Position numbers and translations under genes: made by a program. Below are positions 34,001 to 43,000 of a stretch of 64,000 nucleotides of DNA, piece by piece (position 1 is the stretch's first letter; each line of letters opens with the position of its first letter). The notes beneath the pieces were generated by a model. The model did not search any database, had not been told where the DNA came from, and saw only the letters and a program-made list of their open reading frames with translations. The DNA lies in contig OX442314.1 of NCBI GenBank assembly GCA_949358305.1, forward strand, positions 30,132,001 to 30,196,000, read 5' to 3'. Origin of the DNA: Strigamia acuminata (taxonomy: Eukaryota).

Positions 34001-37000
34001 GTCCATGGTCTGAGTTCGCTCAGGCGTCAACGGGCGCATCATATCCGTGGTGTCGTCCCTCGGGTTGGACCGCTCGTTAACCGTACACAGGTCGCGACCT
34101 GCGTTTGGTCCGGAGACCATTCCAGGGTTGACATGAAGCCAAACCTGGATGATTCTTGCCGAGTTCGCTCGGTTGAAGAATCCTAGCGCCGCGAACTCGA
34201 TTGGATCCTCTGGCGCTAATCGTGCTCTCAGGAGTCGATCATGGAGCACCGATGGTGGGCTTAACACCCGGATGTGGTCCTCGAGCCACATAAACACCTG
34301 CCTCGACAACTTGTGGTTGTTGCTAAGCAGTGTTCGCGTATCCGGCGTCAAATAGAAGTGCGGATACAGGCGCATTAGGGTCTTGAAAGCCGACTCTTTT
34401 TTCAGCGGCTTGACCTTCGTCTCCGGCTTGGCTGGCGGCGGCGGCGGCGGACGTGAGTCTTCCGTCGTGGCATCGTCAAACTGGCACTGCGGGCCCAAGA
34501 AAACCAACGCAGGTGCGGAGGTTGACGAGGGTGTGACGCCTCGTCCCGGTGCTCGACCCACACCGGGGAGCTGACGGGTTTCGACTACCCGTTGAACTCC
34601 GGCTGGAGTTTGAGAACTTCCGGCGTTCTCTGGCCAAAATGAACATCCAGCGCCCTCTTGGGCCGACTGGAAAACAGCCAGTGACGCAGCTGCTGTGGCG
34701 CTTGTAACTGGAAGCGGTGGTCTTCCGGTCATTCGCGCCGTGGCCTTCGCAAAGGACCACTCGGTTCGCAACCGAACGGCGGCCTCTTCTTCGGTCTCAC
34801 CGTTTGCTACGACTTGCTTTATTAGCTCGGCTAAGATCGTAGGCGGGTCGAGCCTGAGGTGGTACCACAGCTCGACTTTCTTCTCCGACAGGCCCATCGG
34901 CGCGGTCCAAAGGTACGTTATGGCCGCTAACGCCTGTCCTGGCGAAGGAAGAACACCAGGGTACAACACCCTAGTCATCCCCGGAATTAGCTGACGCTGA
35001 AAATCCATCAGACGGGGATCATCAATGGTATTGATGTCGGAGACTTCTAGCCTTTCAGCTAGTCTCTGCCAGTCCTTCTGCGACTCGGCGATCTGGGCGC
35101 TTTGGTATGCGTCCAGCTTCTGGAGCACTTCCTGCTGTGCTCTAATGGGTTGCTGCTCGTAGCAGGTCCATTGTGGGCCGAATGACTCACTAAAAAATGG
35201 CCGGAGTTGCAGGTTGCTAACTCCAGCCGGCAAGCGGGAAACATATCCTTGTTCGGGCAAGCGGCTAGCATGTCCAGGTACTGGCACGCTACAGTCGGGA
35301 AAAATATCACCGACAACACGTCTCATGGCGTATGGAGTAGCCGAGTTGTCCACTTTGAACGTGGAGGCGGTTCGGCTACTTCGGGCGGACTTAATTGTGG
35401 AGTCCGATTCAAAACTCAGCGAAGACGACGAGCCAAACGACTCTGGTGTCCGTCCTCGTCGCGACTGCGGGCGTGATGGCTGCGCGTCAGTCGAATATGG
35501 GCGTGATCGCTTCTGACGTTCCTCTCGATCGCGGCTTGATTCGCGGAACATCGGTCGGACTGGAACCGGCGGAGGGAGTTGCCCCACCCTCAAATCCTCG
35601 TCTTGCGGCGGAGGATTGATGGCCGCTGGGGCCGGAATTTCATCTTCTTGATAAAAAGGGAGAGCGCAACGCGCTTGCTCCTCTGCCTCGTGTTCTCGAG
35701 CCAGTTGTCGATTTTCGTCGACGCGAAGCTGCACCGCGGCAGCTCTGAGTGCTTTGGACGGGAAAAATCCCGGAAAATCGTTAAAACACCCGGCGAGCGC
35801 CAACTGGTGGAGCTCGGTTTGTGTGACGGGAAGTTGTGGGTTCCCGTCACGAACGGATTTGCGATACCGTTTAACGACTTCGCGTTGTGTCGTCTTGAGG
35901 TTCTTCCTCAATTGGGTTAGAGCACCGTAATTAATTCCGGTACTCTTTAGCGCTCTTCTGCGCTCGTGACGCTCTCGTGGCGTCACTGGCCACTGGTTGT
36001 GCAGCAACTCTGCTGCAAGCGGTCCTGGGGGGCTCTCGTCGAGCGTCCACTCGATTTCGTCGACACCGTCCACGTGAAGGCGCTCGATGAATCTTCCTTT
36101 TGCACCAAATCCTTGCAGCGCTGATCTGCTGAAGTCGTGGCGCAACTTCCACCAGGTATTGTTTGCCGTCTTCAGTCTTCTGATTTTTTCGGGCAATGCC
36201 GCTCGAAAAATCAGCGGGTGCTGAGTCGGCACGTGATCGGGAAGCGCGAATGGCGTTTCTCGATCCCTCTCGATCTGTATTCGAAGAAAAATAAATAAAT
36301 TAGTTTATTTAAAAATAAACAAATAATTTCTTATTTGAAATATTTTTTAAGCTTAGCGCTTGTGGCTGTGAGTCACTAAGGGATGTTGGTTGTCATGGCA
36401 ACTCCCTTCGCACATGCTTGAAGCACGTGACTTTTATAGCCGCCATTTTTATTTTTTAGCGGCTTGTGTTTGAAGTCAGGAAAAGTGAAATTACTCAATT
36501 TTTCTGACTTAAACACTTGGTAAAAATTTATTCTAATAATTTACCCGTTGTTGAAGCGTCAATTGAACGTCTTCATTTGCCCCTTCCATGGGCATTTCTC
36601 CGTCCGCCTGGAGTTGGATCGCTTCCTCGTCCATTCTCTTTCGTTTTCCGGTAATTTCGGAAATTCTTTCGTCTTGAAAGAGAAATAATACATAAATCTT
36701 ATGTTTTATCAAATTTTTCATACAGAAAAATTACTTACGATCAGGTTGTCGAACTATTCGGGTCGTAACGTAGGCGATGCGATGCATACACTCTCGAAAC
36801 TTTTGAAAAAGTGACTAAGTTCGTTGATTGCAAACACGAACTTGGATTAGAGACGCTTTGTGACGTCACTAATTATAACGTATGATTAACGTTGTCATTC
36901 GAGTGGGTACTACGAATGACGTCACGAGATTGCTTTCTCGGATCTTTTGGGTAAACCCAAAAGGTGAAAGACAACACTATGTCTTGGCTCGCGGAACGCG

Positions 37001-40000
37001 AGATCTCAAGTTGTACTTTGACTTTCGCGAAGTACAATCCAACTTGTTTAGATTGTCATCAGCATCGTCTCCAATGTCAGATGAGTTATATACTTCATTG
37101 TTTGAAATTTTCTCTTTTTCTAAAAACATTTCCTTTTCTAGATTTTCATCAAGAGAAACATTTTCAAGTCGCTGGTTTATTTCATCGACTTCGTTATTTT
37201 TGAGTTTCGATTTTTTACTCGATTCCGTGTTTTCGACAGGAATTTTGGATAATTTAGCATCATCCAAGGTATTAACAATATTTTTTGTTTTTTGACCCAC
37301 TTCCTCCCCTTCCAGCCAAATTTCTTGGTTGAAAACGGGAAAGTACGGCATTAATTCAGTGCCGTGAACAGCTGGATAAATTTTATTATCACTCAGCCGT
37401 CGAAGTTGAAAGGCGCCTCCTTGTAACCTTTTGATAATTACATAAGGCCCATTCCTTTTCGGTGAAATGCCTGCTGCTATTCCTTTAGCGGCATTTGAGA
37501 GAATATGAGACTCTCGCCAGACTAAATCATTTTGTCTGAAGTTGTCGAATTTCTTATCTGATTTTTCAGCTTCGACACGGCGTCTCAAATCTAAGACGTG
37601 AGACATCATATGCTGATACGTCTCTGCAATTATTGTTTCTAATTTCTGAACATATAAATGCGGATTTTTTGGATCAATGACTAAAATTCCTTCCGGAATT
37701 CTTGGATCCCAAGGAATTCTTAATTCTCGGAAAAAATTTAAGAAAGCAGGAGAATAATCTCTGCCTCTTGTTACAGTTGTTCTCAAACTGAATGCAAATT
37801 CGCGTAGATACTCATCCCATTGGTCATGAATATCTAAATAAATCGAAACTAAATATTTAATATCTCGATTGGTTCTCTCCACAGGATTGCTTTGTGGATG
37901 ATAAATCGATGTCGGTGTTCGCGACATGTCGAATTTTTTGCAAAATTCTTTATAGACCTGTGATCGAAATTGTGGTCCATTATCACTTATGATTTGTCTC
38001 GGAAATCCGAAAGTCATTGATAAGTGATAAATTGTGTTGGCAACTTTTATTGCCGTTGGATTACACATTGGAAATAATTCGGGCCAATGTGTAGCGACAT
38101 CTACGATGACGCAAATGTGGGTATTGTTTTTTCTGGTTCTTGGTTTGGGACCAGACAAATCCACACTGAGGCAGTCAAATGGTCCAAATGGTCCAATTTG
38201 AGCGCCTTCAATTTCGGTCTTTGATCTCGGCTTACATGCCTGACATCCTTGACAATGTTGAATAAAACGTGTAATATCACGTTTCATACCTTTCCAGGTA
38301 TAAACTCTTCGAGTTCGGTACATTGTCCTCGCAATGCCTGGGTGGCCGGACAGTGGATGTCCGTGCATCAACCAAATGATTTTATAAATCAATTTTCTTG
38401 GCACAACAACTTTAAGTGCCCTACCATCCTCTCCCAATTCATCGGTGGAGGTAGGATGATAATGGAGTAGCATATCTTCTTCAATGAGATAAGTACTCGC
38501 GTGTCTTTCAAAGTTTCTTCTTTGAAGACGAGTTACTATGTAACTTGGATATTGCTTGTTTAGCAAGTAATTGCGAATATGTTGGCAAAATTCGTCTGCT
38601 TTTTGCGCTGCAATAATGTCATCTCTCGTTGGAGGATCACATTCTAATTGCTTCGCAATTTTAGCTGCAAATGCTTTAATTAAAACATTTGTTGTTGGCA
38701 GCTCGAATTTTTTAGCCATCATAGCTCTTAATTCGACGTCAGGGGTTCCTGACGGATCATGCATGTTAATACAAAAATTAATTAATGCTTGATCGTCGTC
38801 ATTAACTATTATTGACTTGGGTAATTCGTTCAATTTTCCCATTTGCCAACTTCGGCAAGGAGATGGACAATATGATAATAAATCATCATTATCGCCATCG
38901 TCTTCTGGTTCGTCAGGTGCGCTGACAGGTGCACGTGACAATGCGTCTGCTATTACATTTAGCGGACCTTTGACGTATTGTATTTCGAACGAATACGCCA
39001 TCAGCTCCATTTGCCAACGAGCTAATCTGCCCGACGGGTCAGATAACGACATCAACCACTTAAGTGCTTGGTGATCCGTTTGTACAGTGAATGTAGTGTA
39101 CTCTAAGTATGGGCGAAATTTGCGTAATCCCCATACTACTGCGAGACATTCTAATTCTGTCACAGTATAATTCTTTTCAGCGGGTTGCAAGCTTCTGCTT
39201 GCATACACGCATGGCATTTCGACTTCTTGGCCATCCACAATTTTCTTTTGTGTAAGGGCTGCACCCAACCCTTGTTTACTGGCGTCAGTATGAACAATAA
39301 ATGGCATGTACAAGTCAGGCATCTTCATTGTTTCAGCATTCGTAAGCAAGTCTTTTATTGCGTCGAATGCTGCCTGATGATGCAGTTCCCAATCGAACTC
39401 CGCATCTTTCTTCAAGAGAGGCCTTAGTGGTTCTGCCACTGTGGCCAAATTCTTGATTAGGCGGTGAAAGAAATTCACCATGCCTAGAAATCTTTGTAAT
39501 TCCTTAAGATTGGTAGGAGCCGGAAATTGCGTAATTGCAGCGACTTTTTTAGGGTCTACTGCAAGTCCTTCTACTCCTACTTTGTAGCCTAGAAAAATTA
39601 ATTCCTTTCTACAGAGATGCGTCTTGCCAGGGTGCGCATGTAAATTAGCTTCTGCCAATTTTTTAAACACTATATCTAAATGTTTAATGTGTTCTTCGAA
39701 CGATTTGGATACAACAATTATGTCATCCAAATATGCCCATGCAAATTTTCTGTAAACGTCACCCAAAACCTTTTCCATCAATTCTTGGAAAGTAGTTGGT
39801 GCGTTTACTAATCCGAAAGGCATGACTAAAAACATTAGTCTTCCCATTGGGTTCCAGAAGGCAGTTTTTTCTCTGTCTTCAGGTCGCAATTCTATCTGCC
39901 AATATCCCTTGGTCAGATCTATAGTACTGACCCATTCGAATTCTCCGATTTCTCGCAGAATTTCCTCAATTGTTGGCATTTGAGGTGGGTTGTACTTAGT

Positions 40001-43000
40001 ATGTGTATTGATGGGGCGAAAATCAATGCACAAGCGTGGGTCGTTTCCTGGTCGCATGACTAGGACTGGCCGCATTCCGTAATCGCCTTCAGCTTTGACG
40101 ACTACGCCTTTGTCAATCATGTCTTGACAAAGTTGTCTGATTATTTCCCTTTTTTGAGGGTTTATGCTCTTAAAGGGGACACGGATGGGTTTCTCCGTGT
40201 CAAGCTCAATTTTGTGCTTAACCAGGTGTGTTTTACCTGGATCTTTAGAAATAATCCTTTTATGTTTGGATAACATCTTTTCTAATAATTTGGATTGCTC
40301 CAAATTTAAGTTAGCTTCTTCGACTAACTTTTGGATGAAATTCTCTTCATCAATTTTGCCTTGAGTTACACTTGCAGCGTAAGCTTTTGCAAAGGTCATA
40401 AATGAGGAATCGGGTTCCTCTATTTTCTCCAAATAACGATCCAGCAACGCTTGTGGAATGTAGGGTAAATCTGCATCCATAGGTTGCGTGAAATTCCAAG
40501 ACATCGTCTGTGGATTAGGTTGGATTTTTAATTTATTCATAAAATCGCAACCCAATAGTACCATTGGATACTTATTTGGTATTACGATGAACGGATGACG
40601 TAACGTGCCATGTGTCCATCGAAATGAAAGATGGATGGTTCCATCTGGAGTGACTTCTTCACTTGCCGTCGTAACTCTGACACCAGGTCCGATAGGTCGT
40701 AGATATTTTTCTAGACCTAGTTGATTAATAACTGAAGTGGCTAGGAAGCTTTTATTTGCTCCTGAGTCCAACATTCCGGTTATTACACCTTTTAACGTTT
40801 CTAACTTTAACGTCGGAAGGTCTTGGCTGTTTGGTATTCCAGCCACTTTGCACTCAAACTTGCGCAATTTATGAGGAACTGTAATTGGAGGCTCCAAAGG
40901 CAATTCATCTAATAACTCATTGGTATCAAGAGTTGTAGCTGCAAATAACTTAATGCACTCCTCAATTCCAGGTGTCTCTGGAACTGAGCTTGGTCTATCG
41001 TCTTTAACTTCGACTTTATCTTGAATATTGGAAGTGTCTTCTTCAGTCGGGGTTTCGCCGACAATCTCCTTTTTTACATCAAGAGATCCTTTTTCTTTTA
41101 GTTCTGTTTGACGAATTAATTCATCAATAACTTCTCCAACATCTTCCATTATCTTCAGATTTTCATTCTCTGATTCCGATTTCGGAGGTGACGCAGCGTC
41201 CACTAGACCTGATGGATCTGCGTCTACAAGTTTTTTCGAAACATGTCAGTTATGATCTTGACTGCTTTTTCAAACTCAGCTGTTGACACTGGTTTGTCCT
41301 TTTTAGAGGAAGGGCAGTCTTTTTGCCAATGCCCTAATTTTTTGCATAAATTGCATGGATCAGTGGCAGGCGATTTCTTTTTCGTTGCTGCTGGCGAGGC
41401 AGAACGAGAACGAGCGTCAGACCGGCGCTCTGGCGACACCGCAGGTGACTTTGAATTCCTTTCGGTATTCACCTTTGATGCGTCAAATGAAACATTTTTT
41501 GGTTTCATCCTTGGCTTCCATTTGCCCGCAACGGGGTTATTTTTTGCTAACAACGCCGCTGCTTTGGCCAATAAAGCCATCGTCTCGTCTCCTGTTTCCT
41601 CCTCCTCTTCAGCTTCTTCAGCTTCAGACGACGGAGTTTCAGCTCCAGTTATATTTGCGTGTAACTTAGGGACTGAATGAGGATTTTTGACGTCCTTTTT
41701 GGAAGATTCTTTTTTCGAACTCTTCTCATCCACTTCGTCTAGAAAGTCTTCGTAACTAGGTGGCTGCAACAATTTCAAACCATTAAAGGTTTCATTGTTT
41801 TGCTCAGCGAGTCTTTTCTCTCGCTTTAAGTACGCTGACCTTTCGGCTTCTGTAAGATAAGCTTTGTACTTTTCGTCAATGCGCAATTGATTGACTTCCA
41901 TGAACTCGTTTAACTCGGAGAATTTCCCCGGGTCGGGAGCGTCCGACATCATCAGAATATTTTTACTATATTCTGTGAGGCCAGCTCTAAACTGATCATC
42001 TGCTGTTGCATCAGTAACAGCATGTGGCATTCTGCCAAGCAGATTCTCTGCTCTTAGCATGTACGAATGTAAGCTTTCGCCTTTTCGTTGCTTAAGACAT
42101 CTCCAGAGCGTTTTGATGTCTTCGCTCGATTCACCAAATTTAAACATAAATTGTTTAACGAAGTCATCCCACTTCGTGAAGTCTTTCCTGCGAAACCACT
42201 CCTTGACACCGCCAACTAGTATTCTTGGTACTAGATGGGCCAATGCACCTTCACAGCTAAAACTGTGAACTTTGCCTAGTTCGAATATTTCCAGCAAGAG
42301 GTTTGACCCTGCTTGCCAATTTCCATTATAGGCATGTGGGATAACTCGATCCCATCTAATGAACTTTTCATCTGTTGTTTGATGAGTCCATTTATCAGAA
42401 GTAAATTCACTTATTTTTTGCAAAATAATTTTATCCCTTCTGCTTTTTCGCTGTTGTTGAGCATTTTGCCTCAACAACTGGTCAATCTCATCTTTCGTGT
42501 AGAAATCGGGTCTTTGAGTTCTACTACGTGTTCTGTGACGAGATCGCCCTCTCACACTGGGACGTGAGGAATCTGTATCTGACGCAGATTCATGATTCGG
42601 ATTTGGCGGCGGATCAGGGTCCGGAGGATCGTCGCCATCTGGCGGACGACGGTCTCCATTTGGTGGTCCCCTTCCATTTCGATTGCCATTCGAATTGTGG
42701 TCACGTGAGTGGCCACCTCCATGTCCATCTGAACTATCTCCACCTGGTGGGTCACCACCTGGCGGATTTCCACGGTATCTCGGCCCATCACGGATGTCGT
42801 TATGACAATCTCGTTTTGGTGAGCCTTCTCGCGGATTATCGTGTGACCGTCCACGATCGTGTGGTTTCTCACGTTCTTTATTCTTTTTCTCTAGCATTCC
42901 GATTAATCGGTCGCTATTGCTAAAGAATCGATCCGAATCTTGCGTAACTTTTGGGGAATGATATTCGGTCGGGTCTGGTTGTCGCTTTCGCTTTTTGCGA

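Noticed and set aside
33992..36232. Third ORFs of G1/G4 as env
   Set aside because: No visible signal peptide, fusion-peptide pattern or C-terminal TM helix.
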